In this document: piece by piece, positions 1-8,297 of the stretch
Layout: each line of letters opens with the position of its first letter
Numbering within the stretch: position 1 is the stretch's first letter
NCBI GenBank assembly: GCA_002716355.1
Contig: PBAU01000003.1
Coordinates: 330,001 to 362,000 of the forward strand
Reading direction: 5' to 3'
DNA: 32,000 nt
Source: a bacterium
GTDB lineage: Bacteria > UBP7 > UBA6624
Translations under genes and position numbers: made by a program
The notes under the pieces: generated by a model
What the model was told of the DNA's origin: nothing
What the model saw: only the letters and a program-made list of their open reading frames with translations
The model's database searches: none

Positions 1-762
1 GGAGCATGGAACTTCCCCGCTTACAAAATGTTTGCGGATCCGTTTAACACTCCTGGTTTAGTTATTGATGAGAATATGCATGCTGGATTTGAATTTGACA
101 TAATGGATGTAAAAAATAACAAAATAATAACTTTAAAAGCCCCTGAAGAGTCATACAAGATACTTGCTTTTATAGGCGCTGTTGAAACATACGTGATAAA
201 AAACATAAGAAGGAGAGGTGACAAAATGCCATCTGCGACAATGTCAACAGATAAACTTTCACTTCTGGCAGGTAAATACATTGGAAAAGATGACCCTGCA
301 ATGATTGTTAGATGTCAATCTGGTTTGCCAGCAGTTGGAGAAGTCACAAATCCATTCGCTTTTCCACACTTGGTGCCTGGGTGGATGAGAGGATCTCACA
401 CTGGGCCAATGATGCCATGCTCTTTTGAAGATTCAAATCCAAGTAGATTTGATGGTCCACCAAGGGTAATAGGTGCTGGTTTTCAAATTGCTGAAGGCAT
501 GCTTGTAGGACCAAGGGATATGTTTAATGATCCTGGTTTTGATAATGCTCGACAGAAAGCAAATGATATTGCTGATTACATGAGAATGCATGGACCATTT
601 GAACCACATAGACTTCCACCAGACCAAATGGAATATACAACTTTACCCAAGATACAAAAAGAAGTAAAACAAAGATGGATGGAATGCAGTGATGGGCCAA
701 GTACTAAAGATTTAGCTGACCAACATGCCTACCAGGCAACAAAAGATGATGAGCTTGAATAA
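1..762 (+). CDS. fbp: fructose-1,6-bisphosphate aldolase/phosphatase (class V, archaeal-type), C-terminal ~253 aa; the 5' end lies upstream of the window
   Basis: Frame 1 is open from nt 1 (GAWNFPAYK precedes the ORF-track Met at 28). The translation carries strings typical of FBP aldolase/phosphatase: YKMFADPFNTPGLVID, GKYIGKDDPAMIVR, AFPHLVPGWMRGSH.GP.MP, RFDGPPR, ADYMR.HGPF.PHRL, MEYTTLP. Confidence 0.88.
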   Translation, partial: GAWNFPAYKMFADPFNTPGLVIDENMHAGFEFDIMDVKNNKIITLKAPEESYKILAFIGAVETYVIKNIRRRGDKMPSATMSTDKLSLLAGKYIGKDDPAMIVRCQSGLPAVGEVTNPFAFPHLVPGWMRGSHTGPMMPCSFEDSNPSRFDGPPRVIGAGFQIAEGMLVGPRDMFNDPGFDNARQKANDIADYMRMHGPFEPHRLPPDQMEYTTLPKIQKEVKQRWMECSDGPSTKDLADQHAYQATKDDELE

Positions 763-767
763 AAAAT

Positions 768-795
768 TTGACTAAAAAATATTTAATAATAGTAT
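768..795 (+). promoter_or_regulatory. candidate sigma70-type promoter for the lipoprotein gene (TTGACT-16 nt-TAGTAT)
   Basis: TTGACT at 768-773 and TAGTAT at 790-795, in the only sizeable intergenic gap of this region (763-865). AT-rich DNA produces such matches by chance. Confidence 0.25.
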
Positions 796-865
796 TAGCT
801 ATCTTTGTCGCACTTTTGGCATTTGTCAAAACTGCCATATACTTTATTTCGGTATCTTCAAGAGC

Positions 866-1279
866 ATGAAAAAAATATTTTTAACTATCTTGCTTGCCAG
901 CATTACCTCATGCCTTGCAGAAAAAACAACAGTTGGGAAAATATGCACAAAAATTAAAACAAATCCTAATTTGGTTGAAGAATACAATAAAGGTAAAAAA
1001 TTCAAACTTCCATTATTCTTCTTTGACCTAACATTTCTACCTGAAGGAAAACAACAATGGGTTGGAAAAGATCCGACTGGAAAAGCTTATGCAAGAGTCA
1101 CCATGAGCAATAAAGAAGGTCAAAAAATAGGCCAAGAATGCATCAGCAGCTATGAAGCGAAGTGCACTTTTTATATCCAAGGTTTTTTTTCAGAATATCT
1201 AACAGAGGAAAAAGGGTATGGAAACAATTGTGAAATCAGGCTCGAAAAAGTAAAGGTTTTAAATAAGATAAAAAAATGA
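866..1279 (+). CDS. hypothetical lipoprotein (137 aa)
   Basis: N-terminus MKKIFLTILLASITSC has a basic n-region, a hydrophobic core and a lipobox-like ITS|C. The mature part is Lys-rich with four further Cys. No family recognised. Confidence 0.6.
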   Translation: MKKIFLTILLASITSCLAEKTTVGKICTKIKTNPNLVEEYNKGKKFKLPLFFFDLTFLPEGKQQWVGKDPTGKAYARVTMSNKEGQKIGQECISSYEAKCTFYIQGFFSEYLTEEKGYGNNCEIRLEKVKVLNKIKK

Positions 1280-1440
1280 TAAACAAAATTTGGCTCTACT
1301 GGTTACTCTTTGTCATTTTTTGGAATTACGGCTGGCCAGATGTTGATCCAATATGGGATGTCAGTGTTGCGGTTTTTTTATCTTTATCATTTCAACACTA
1401 CAAAAAATCAATCAGAAGTAGGAAGGAACTCAAGGAATAA
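1276..1440 (+). CDS. hypothetical small membrane protein (54 aa), below the ORF-track length cutoff
   Basis: ATG at 1276 overlaps the TGA stop of the lipoprotein gene (ATGA coupling). The translation MINKIWLYWLLFVIFWNYGWPDVDPIWDVSVAVFLSLSFQHYKKSIRSRKELKE has two Trp-rich hydrophobic segments and a basic tail. It ends at TAA 1438-1440 and overlaps the convergent ORF by 33 nt. Confidence 0.35.
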   Translation: MINKIWLYWLLFVIFWNYGWPDVDPIWDVSVAVFLSLSFQHYKKSIRSRKELKE

Positions 1441-2235
1441 ATTAAAATCTGCAACTCTGTTTACTGATAAATCTTCAGAAAAACCAATTCTGAAAAAATA
1501 TTCATTTATCCTGAATCTAGCAGAAAGATACAATTCAGTAACCTGACCTTCTAAAGTGCTATTCACAGGACCTGTCCAAAGATTTGTAGATGAAACAATT
1601 CCAAAATTCAAAACATTTTCATAAACCTTCTTTTCCCTAAAGGCTGAAAAAGCAAAAAACCCAGTTCCCTCAAGGGTTTCGATGTCAAGTCCACCAAACC
1701 ACCCTCCACCATACTCTCCAAACCATTTACCGTACTTGTATTTTTTATAAACCGCCAAACTTGGACCTGAGTATAAATCCAAGGGTCCAACACCAGGAAA
1801 AACAACAGCCTTCAAGATTAAATCATTTTCCATATCTTTTGAAACCCTTAAAGGACTTACTCCAAAACCAGAATCACGAACCTCCCATAAAACATCTCCG
1901 TCATGTTCAAAACTCATTAAAACTTGATTTTTTGGCATGTTGGGCCGATCCCCTACAGGTAAACCCCAAAAATCATGCCAAGAATCAATTGGAGAATCCA
2001 TAAATCCACCGCCAAGATAATAAATGTCTCCAGTAACCTTGAATCCATTTTTATGAAAACTAAAAGGCTCAGAAATAGAGGCAATCTCACCATCCATATA
2101 AACTCCGTCTCCCATGTTTGCATATGAAGCTATAGACAATCGCTCTTCAATCTTTTTCCAATCCGGAACAGAAGGAGTTGGAAGCGAACTCCAAAAAGGA
2201 TGAGAGAAGGGAATCAGAGCTAATAAAAAAATCAT
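1408..2235 (-). CDS. hypothetical exported protein, Gly/aromatic-rich; possibly an outer-membrane beta-barrel
   Basis: 275-aa ORF whose ATG overlaps the stop of the upstream ORF (ATGA at 2232-2235). It has a hydrophobic N-terminus (MIFLLALIPF), alternating aromatic/Gly strings (YYLGGGF, WFGEYGGGWFGGL) and an aromatic-rich C-terminus (ADFNLFLEF). The fold assignment is a guess. Confidence 0.55.
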   Translation of the reverse strand: MIFLLALIPFSHPFWSSLPTPSVPDWKKIEERLSIASYANMGDGVYMDGEIASISEPFSFHKNGFKVTGDIYYLGGGFMDSPIDSWHDFWGLPVGDRPNMPKNQVLMSFEHDGDVLWEVRDSGFGVSPLRVSKDMENDLILKAVVFPGVGPLDLYSGPSLAVYKKYKYGKWFGEYGGGWFGGLDIETLEGTGFFAFSAFREKKVYENVLNFGIVSSTNLWTGPVNSTLEGQVTELYLSARFRINEYFFRIGFSEDLSVNRVADFNLFLEFLPTSD

Positions 2236-2984
2236 TTTCTAATTATTAAATTGACACCATTCTTAAAACTCCAAGCATCTAAAGTCCTTTTCCATTCTGA
2301 ATCCTGCCTTCCTGTTAAGGATATAACCAAATTCACATTTTCTCCAGCCAGGGAGAGCATTTCTGCTTCTCTTGATCCAGGCCAATCAAAATTGTCTTTT
2401 TGATTATTGCAAAATTCACCATGAATCACAACCTCATCAAACAACCATGTCATCAAAGAGATCGCTATCAGATCCCAGTTTAAATTACAAACTGCCCTTA
2501 TTGGAATGTTTATTTCTAATTTTTTCAAAATCATCAAAAGACTAGGAAATTTTTCAATGTCATTAACCTGAACATCCATCCAGGCTGCACCTTTATCATA
2601 AAAATCTGTTATTTCATTTTCTGGATTACCTTTGTTTCTGTTTTCAGATTCATACATAAGAATATGCCTAGTTGGTTTTTCAAAAAATGAAACACCCCAG
2701 CCTGAATTAATATTTAAACCTTTGTGAGAAAACCACCTTTCAAGAATTTCTAATTTTAAAGAAACAATATTTGATTCCGGCCTAAGATCATAATCCCAAC
2801 CTTCTGACCATATAGAAGAATACTGCTCATTTAATAATTCATGCATTCCCTTATGAACTTTTGCTAACTCTTCAGTGTCGACAGAGATAAGATCTGAAGC
2901 AATCGGTTCTGATAAAGCCATCTGCAACCTTGAAGGCAAGTCGCCATTAAGAACTTTTTGCCAATATTTTCTTTTAATTTTCAT
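2232..2984 (-). CDS. hypothetical protein (250 aa), no signal peptide, no recognised motif
   Basis: Long ORF with codon usage like its neighbours, translationally coupled to the downstream exported protein. It is divergent from the tatD-family gene with only 31 bp between the start codons. Confidence 0.6.
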   Translation of the reverse strand: MKIKRKYWQKVLNGDLPSRLQMALSEPIASDLISVDTEELAKVHKGMHELLNEQYSSIWSEGWDYDLRPESNIVSLKLEILERWFSHKGLNINSGWGVSFFEKPTRHILMYESENRNKGNPENEITDFYDKGAAWMDVQVNDIEKFPSLLMILKKLEINIPIRAVCNLNWDLIAISLMTWLFDEVVIHGEFCNNQKDNFDWPGSREAEMLSLAGENVNLVISLTGRQDSEWKRTLDAWSFKNGVNLIIRK

Positions 2985-3015
2985 TTATTTAAAAAAACAG
3001 AATTAAAATTTTATT

Positions 3016-3747
3016 ATGCTTTTTGACACACATTGCCATTTAGACGCGAAACAATTCGAAAATAAAATAAATGAAGTTGTTGATAATGCGAAAAAAAACA
3101 ATGTTAAAAAAATCTTAATACCTGCAATTAAGCCTGGATTGCCAAAGGTAAAAATAAAAAATGTATTTTTAGCAACAGGTTCCCACCCTTACCATTCAAA
3201 TGAAACACTTAAAAATAAACAAAAAATTATTGATGGCTTAAAAGATGCAGTTGCAATTGGTGAAACTGGTTTAGATTTTTTCAAATGCCCTATAGGAAAA
3301 AAAGTTCAAATTGAGTCTCTTGAGTTTCAATGTGAATTAGCAACTAAAAATAATATGCCAATTATTCTCCATGAAAGAGAAAGCTTTATTGAATTAATTG
3401 AAATTATTAAAAAATATCCTGGTATAACAGGTGTTTTCCATGCTTTTCATCACTCAGAAAAAGAATTAAAACAAATAATAGATCTAAATTTTTATGTTGG
3501 TTTAGGCGGAATGGTTACTTATAAAAGTAACGATGCACTTAGAAGTGCAATTAAAAAGGGGCCAATGGAAAGATTCATACTTGAAACTGACTCTCCCTAC
3601 CTTCCTCCACAAAACAAAAGAGGGCAAGTTAACCAGCCTGCTAATCTTCTCGACATTGCAAAACACATATCGTTAATAAAAAATAAAACTTTGGATGATA
3701 TCTCCTTGATAACAACCGAAAATGCTAATAGACTATTCAAATTATGA
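3016..3747 (+). CDS. TatD-family metal-dependent hydrolase/DNase
   Basis: MLFDTHCHLD at the N-terminus, followed by GETGLDF, ILHERES, FHAFHHS and ETDSPYLPP. These are the ordered metal-ligand motifs of the TatD/YcfH family. Confidence 0.85.
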   Translation: MLFDTHCHLDAKQFENKINEVVDNAKKNNVKKILIPAIKPGLPKVKIKNVFLATGSHPYHSNETLKNKQKIIDGLKDAVAIGETGLDFFKCPIGKKVQIESLEFQCELATKNNMPIILHERESFIELIEIIKKYPGITGVFHAFHHSEKELKQIIDLNFYVGLGGMVTYKSNDALRSAIKKGPMERFILETDSPYLPPQNKRGQVNQPANLLDIAKHISLIKNKTLDDISLITTENANRLFKL

Positions 3748-4199
3748 AAAAAATGTGGCTTTTATGTTTTACAACTTTTGTAATTGACACTTTAACAAAG
3801 CAATTTGCATGGAGACAATTCACCCCACATGGTATGAGCTACCCATTCAAAGAGAATTCGGATTTTAATTTTGTTATTGTAAAAAATGAGGGCCTGATGC
3901 TTGGATTTCTTTCAGAAAATCAAGCGTTTGTTGTATTTGTAATGGCATTTGCTGTCTATAGCCTTTATAACTTCTTAACTGAAGAAGATTTTCTTAACAA
4001 AAAAACTTATTTGATACTTCCAGCAGGCTTGATATTGGGTGGTGCTTTAGGTAATTTGGTGGATAGGATGACTAGAGGTTTTGTTATAGATTTCATCTCA
4101 ATAGGAGACTGGCCAGTTTTCAATATCGCTGATGCTGCTGTAGTAACCGGAATAATACTAATGATTATTCCCGAAAATCTACGGAACAATAGAGGTTAA
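3744..4199 (+). CDS. lspA: lipoprotein signal peptidase II
   Basis: VKNEGLMLGF, GGALGNLVDR and VIDFI...WPVFNIADAAV (both catalytic Asp contexts). 151 aa with four hydrophobic segments. The start overlaps the tatD-family stop (ATGA). Confidence 0.88.
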   Translation: MKKMWLLCFTTFVIDTLTKQFAWRQFTPHGMSYPFKENSDFNFVIVKNEGLMLGFLSENQAFVVFVMAFAVYSLYNFLTEEDFLNKKTYLILPAGLILGGALGNLVDRMTRGFVIDFISIGDWPVFNIADAAVVTGIILMIIPENLRNNRG

Positions 4200-5831
4200 A
4201 TAAGATAAGCTTTCTGCAAGTCTAGCAGTTGCAGGGCCATAAATGTCAACCATGGCTTTTGGATTTAATCCATAATAGAGTATAAAAAACATAACAGGGG
4301 CTATTGCCCAAACTTCCCATTTTTTCATATCCTGCAAATCTTTCCATTTTTCATTCAAAGGACCCATGAATATTCTTTGAATCATTAAAAGCATATATGC
4401 AGCTGTAATAACAATTGTCACAACACCAAAACCTGCTAGAACTCTAAAGAAATTCATACCTTCAAACATCCCTGAAGAAACAATCCAATCAAACTTGCTA
4501 AAAGCAGCGACAAAAGCCATGAATTCTCCCCAGAATCCTGAAAGACCGGGGAGACCTAAATTTGCCATACCGACAAAAATCCAAATAGTGAAGTATTTTG
4601 GAACAATACTTCCAAGTCCACCATAAGCCATTAAATCTCTATTGTGGGTACGCTCATAAACAACACCGACCATATGGAACATGCAAGCACTTATCAAACC
4701 ATGGCTTACCATTATGAACATACCTGCTGACAACCCAAGTTCAGAAGCTGTTGAAAAGGCAAAGATCAAGTAACCCATATGCGATATAGAAGAATATGCA
4801 ACCATGCTTTTCCAATCTTTTTGAGCCATGGCTGCCAAAGCTGCATAAACCATACTTACAACACCAACAATTGCCATTAAAGGAACAGCAATTCCATCAG
4901 TATCATGAATAGCACCATTAGTAGCAGGGAGCAAAATCCTTATAAAACCATAAGTTCCCATTTTCAGCAGAACAGCAGCAAGCATCATTGAAATTGGCGT
5001 TGGAGCCTGAACGTGAGCGTCAGGAAGCCAGGTATGAAATGGAACTATAGGAACCTTTATTCCGAACCCAATGAAAAACAGCAAAAATAATGAAGTCTGT
5101 GTAACTAGGCCGGGGCCATCCACTGGAATGTTATTTGCAAAAAATGTTGTTAGCTCTGATATCCCAAAAGATCTAACTGGAGAAGCCCAAAACATAACAA
5201 GTATACCTATCAGAACAGCGACAGAACCAGCTAATGTATAAAGGAAAAGTTTAATAGCTGCATATATTCTGTTTTTTCCACCCCATATACCAATTAAAAA
5301 ATACATTGGGAGGAGCATTAATTCCCAAAACACAAAAAACATAAAAAAGTCCCTTGCAACCAAAACTCCTAAAAGTGAAGTTTCAAGTAACAGAAAAAGA
5401 ACAACGTACAATTGCAACCTCTCTTTTATTGAGTTGCTTGAAATTGCAGCAGATATAGAAACAAAAGTAGTCAAAACAATCAAGGCTAAAGATATGCCAT
5501 CTATACCCATGTACCATGCTACACCTGGGCCATTGCCCATTCCTATCTCAGGAAACCAAGGTGCCAAATATCCCAACTTAAATCCAAAAGGGTCAGGAAA
5601 AGATTCTCCAAGTTCAGCAATGAACTTTTCAGCATTTGATGATGAAAAAAGATTCCAAACACGCAAAGACCATAAAAAAGTAACCGATGCTGTTCCTATC
5701 ATTACCATACGTAATTTGCTTTCACCCTTAACAAAACATGCAACAAGAGCACCAAGTAAAGGTAAGAACAACAGAATGTTCAAAGGTTGGCTCCAAAATG
5801 ACAAAAGAATAAAATTATTTAAAAAAGTCAT
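4179..5831 (-). CDS. nuoM: NADH-quinone oxidoreductase (complex I) subunit M
   Basis: WELMLLPMYFLIGIWGG..R.YAAIKLFLYTLAGS and WLPDAHVQAPTPISMMLAAVLLKMGTYGF are ND4/NuoM-type motifs, not ND2/NuoN-type. It is the last gene of the nuo operon. Confidence 0.9.
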   Translation of the reverse strand: MTFLNNFILLSFWSQPLNILLFLPLLGALVACFVKGESKLRMVMIGTASVTFLWSLRVWNLFSSSNAEKFIAELGESFPDPFGFKLGYLAPWFPEIGMGNGPGVAWYMGIDGISLALIVLTTFVSISAAISSNSIKERLQLYVVLFLLLETSLLGVLVARDFFMFFVFWELMLLPMYFLIGIWGGKNRIYAAIKLFLYTLAGSVAVLIGILVMFWASPVRSFGISELTTFFANNIPVDGPGLVTQTSLFLLFFIGFGIKVPIVPFHTWLPDAHVQAPTPISMMLAAVLLKMGTYGFIRILLPATNGAIHDTDGIAVPLMAIVGVVSMVYAALAAMAQKDWKSMVAYSSISHMGYLIFAFSTASELGLSAGMFIMVSHGLISACMFHMVGVVYERTHNRDLMAYGGLGSIVPKYFTIWIFVGMANLGLPGLSGFWGEFMAFVAAFSKFDWIVSSGMFEGMNFFRVLAGFGVVTIVITAAYMLLMIQRIFMGPLNEKWKDLQDMKKWEVWAIAPVMFFILYYGLNPKAMVDIYGPATARLAESLSYLTSIVP

Positions 5832-5841
5832 AAGACATCTC

Positions 5842-7860
5842 CTAAGAAACCCAATAGCCTTGGGTTAATAAAATTAAAGCTAGCATAATTAAAATCATAA
5901 AAAGATAACCGGAAATAAAACCAGTTTGATACATTTTCACAAATTTATGACCAGCTTTTGTTAAGCTACCAAAAAGATTAACAATACCATCAATAATATA
6001 TTTATCAATAAATGCAGAAGCTGAGGACATCTTGTTCCCAAAACCAGCTACACGGTTAACAAAACCATCAATAATATTTTTATCGAACCAGGCAATCTGT
6101 TCCGCTAAATACGCTCCTGGCTTTACAAAAGACCATTGCAAAACCTCGTCTACATAAAGCCTTTTCGACAAAGCCCTCCATAAAACTGGATTTTTCTCTT
6201 CAAAAAAACCAAGTTCAATCTTTGGCATATTTGATTTGCTCAAGAACATCTTTTTCGCAAGCAGTATAGCGAAAATAGCCAAAATAGTAGAGGTTAATGC
6301 TACTTGCAAATTCAATCCATGATGTGGATGAGGATCTATAAATAAGGCTGCCCAAGAGCCATGCTTTCCAGGAACACCCACAAAAGAAGGTATTAAACAC
6401 ATACTTGCTAAGAAAATCATTGGTCCAGTCATCACTGAGGGCGATTCATGAGGGTGGCCATGCCCTCTGTATTTTCCAAAAAAAGTTAAATAAACAACTC
6501 TAAACATATAGAAAGCAGTAAAGAAAGCAGCTATAGACAACATTACATAAGGAAGCCAGCCATTTCCATGTTCCCCGTAATAATATGCTGTCAAAAGAAT
6601 TTCATCCTTGCTAAAAAATCCAGAAAATGGAGGAATTCCAGAAAGCGCTAATGTTCCTATAAGAAACACCATGAAAGTTTTTGGCATATACTTTTTCAAA
6701 TTCCCCATCTCTCTCATGTCGTTTGTATGAACGCCATGAATGACAGATCCAGCAGCTTGGAAAAGCAGCGCTTTAAAGAAAGCATGTGTGAAAAGATGGA
6801 ATATCCCAGCTGCAACACTTCCTGTTCCAAGGCCAGCAACCATGAATCCAAGTTGACTTATTGTTGAATACGCTAAAACCCTTTTAATATCCCATCTTGC
6901 AATAGCTATAGAAGCTGCAAAAAGAGCAGTAAAAGCTCCAATATGGGAAACGACCGAAGAAGCCATATCTCCTGAGTAGATAGGATGTAATCTTGCTATC
7001 AGGTAAACACCTGCTGCTACCATTGTTGCAGCGTGAATCAAAGAAGAAGCAGGTGTTGGACCCTCCATAGCATCTGGAAGCCAAACATGCAAGAAAAACT
7101 GAGCACTTTTACCCATTGCACCACCAAAAATAAGCAAAGCAGCCACTCCAATTATGCCATTTGTGTCATGTGTTGAAGCAAATTCGAGTATCTTTGGAAT
7201 ATTAAAAGTTCCCGTGGCTCCATAAAGAGTCAAAACCCCAAGAAAAAGCGAAAGGTCTCCAACTTTTGTAGTAAGGAAAGCTTTTTTAGCGGCAACAGCA
7301 GCACTTTCTTTATCAAACCAAAAACCTATCAAAAGATAACTGGCAAGACCCATTAATTCCCATCCAATAAAAGCTAAAATTAAATTATTCGCTAAAACCA
7401 TAATTAGCATTGCCGCAGTAAAAATTGACAAATAACCATAATATCTAGGAAGATTTTTTTCCTCATGTTGGTAATACTTTCCAGCATAATCCATGTAACC
7501 AAAAGAATAAATATGAACACATACGCTAACCAAAGTTACAACCAGCAACATCATTAAAGCAAAACCATCAGCAGAAAAACTTAAATCAATGGAGTCGCCA
7601 CCTCCTAATGGAAGCCAATTTGGCAAACTCCAATTAAATGAAACTGGATGATGATTTGCTGTCCAGAATGAACCATCTTGATCTTTAATTGGGCCACCTT
7701 TTTTGACTGCTTCAAAGAAAAGAAGCAAGGAAAAAACAGAAGAAGATATTATTGCTATGGTTGCAATAAATGCAGATCTTCTTTTCCATAACTTTGTCAA
7801 AGGGGCTATTAAAGCAAATGCCAATAGAGGCAATAATGGAATTAAAATTAAATAATTCAT
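5842..7860 (-). CDS. nuoL: complex I subunit L
   Basis: 672 aa. Motifs GWELMGLASYLLIGFW and WLPDAMEGPTPASSLIHAATMVAAGVYL, plus a long C-terminal region consistent with the lateral helix and a final TM. Confidence 0.92.
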   Translation of the reverse strand: MNYLILIPLLPLLAFALIAPLTKLWKRRSAFIATIAIISSSVFSLLLFFEAVKKGGPIKDQDGSFWTANHHPVSFNWSLPNWLPLGGGDSIDLSFSADGFALMMLLVVTLVSVCVHIYSFGYMDYAGKYYQHEEKNLPRYYGYLSIFTAAMLIMVLANNLILAFIGWELMGLASYLLIGFWFDKESAAVAAKKAFLTTKVGDLSLFLGVLTLYGATGTFNIPKILEFASTHDTNGIIGVAALLIFGGAMGKSAQFFLHVWLPDAMEGPTPASSLIHAATMVAAGVYLIARLHPIYSGDMASSVVSHIGAFTALFAASIAIARWDIKRVLAYSTISQLGFMVAGLGTGSVAAGIFHLFTHAFFKALLFQAAGSVIHGVHTNDMREMGNLKKYMPKTFMVFLIGTLALSGIPPFSGFFSKDEILLTAYYYGEHGNGWLPYVMLSIAAFFTAFYMFRVVYLTFFGKYRGHGHPHESPSVMTGPMIFLASMCLIPSFVGVPGKHGSWAALFIDPHPHHGLNLQVALTSTILAIFAILLAKKMFLSKSNMPKIELGFFEEKNPVLWRALSKRLYVDEVLQWSFVKPGAYLAEQIAWFDKNIIDGFVNRVAGFGNKMSSASAFIDKYIIDGIVNLFGSLTKAGHKFVKMYQTGFISGYLFMILIMLALILLTQGYWVS

Positions 7861-8297
7861 CCTTTTAATAAATCAAAATCTTCTGCTTGAGTTGTACCAA
7901 GAGATCTATAAATATGATAAACAAGCGCTAGCCCTATAGCAGCTTCTGCAACAGCAATTGTTAAAGAGAATATTACAAAAATCTGACCAACAGGGACATA
8001 GACCCAAAAATCATCGCCTGTAGAAACGAATGGAGGCCTCATTGAGGCCAAACCCCATTGTCTGCTAAAAGCAACAAGCATGAGATTAACTGCATTTAAC
8101 ATTATCTCCATACACATAAGAATGCTTATCAAGTGTTTTCGAGTAACAACTCCATAAGCACCAAGGCCAAAAAGAATCATTGCCAAAAATAGATAGGCAT
8201 TCACAGGAACAGCCGGGCCATAAAAATGACAATTTCCTATATTCTCAATAGTACATTGCTGTCCTGAAAAAACATCATTCAAAAAGAAATTAAGCAT
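7857..8297 (-). CDS. nuoK: complex I subunit K, atypically long; an alternative GTG start at 8204 would give a canonical N-terminus
   Basis: MEIMLNAVNL (TM2 Glu) and IAVAEAAIGLALV (TM3 Glu), positioned between nuoJ and nuoL. ATG 8297 overlaps the nuoJ stop. In-frame GTG at 8204-8202 begins VNAYLFLAMILFGLG. Confidence 0.85.
   Translation of the reverse strand: MLNFFLNDVFSGQQCTIENIGNCHFYGPAVPVNAYLFLAMILFGLGAYGVVTRKHLISILMCMEIMLNAVNLMLVAFSRQWGLASMRPPFVSTGDDFWVYVPVGQIFVIFSLTIAVAEAAIGLALVYHIYRSLGTTQAEDFDLLKG

Noticed and set aside
817-837. TGGCA-N11-TGCCA inverted repeat, considered as a possible sigma54-like TGGCA element upstream of the lipoprotein gene
   Set aside because: The arms are only 5 bp and no flanking bases extend the pairing. 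The GG-N10-GC spacing required for a sigma54 -24/-12 promoter is not met (no TTGC at the right distance). It is compatible with chance.
1310-1546. A 78-aa plus-strand ORF
   Set aside because: Most of it lies antisense to the 3' end of the 275-aa minus-strand gene, and it has no coupling signal. The frame-1 54-aa ORF, whose ATGA start is at 1276, explains the region upstream of the convergent gene better.
5434-5868. A 144-aa plus-strand ORF, together with other 60-100-aa ORFs inside the nuo, ftsH, pccB, accC, symporter and polA genes (for example 6215-6400, 6884-7084, 11162-11362, 13144-13425, 13857-14075, 25576-25857, 28077-28402, 29948-30193, 30476-30757, 30940-31372 and 31514-31717)
   Set aside because: All are embedded in, or antisense to, genes with strong family motifs. 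They have low-complexity translations. Such ORFs are expected by chance in AT-rich DNA where stop codons in some frames are depleted by codon bias.
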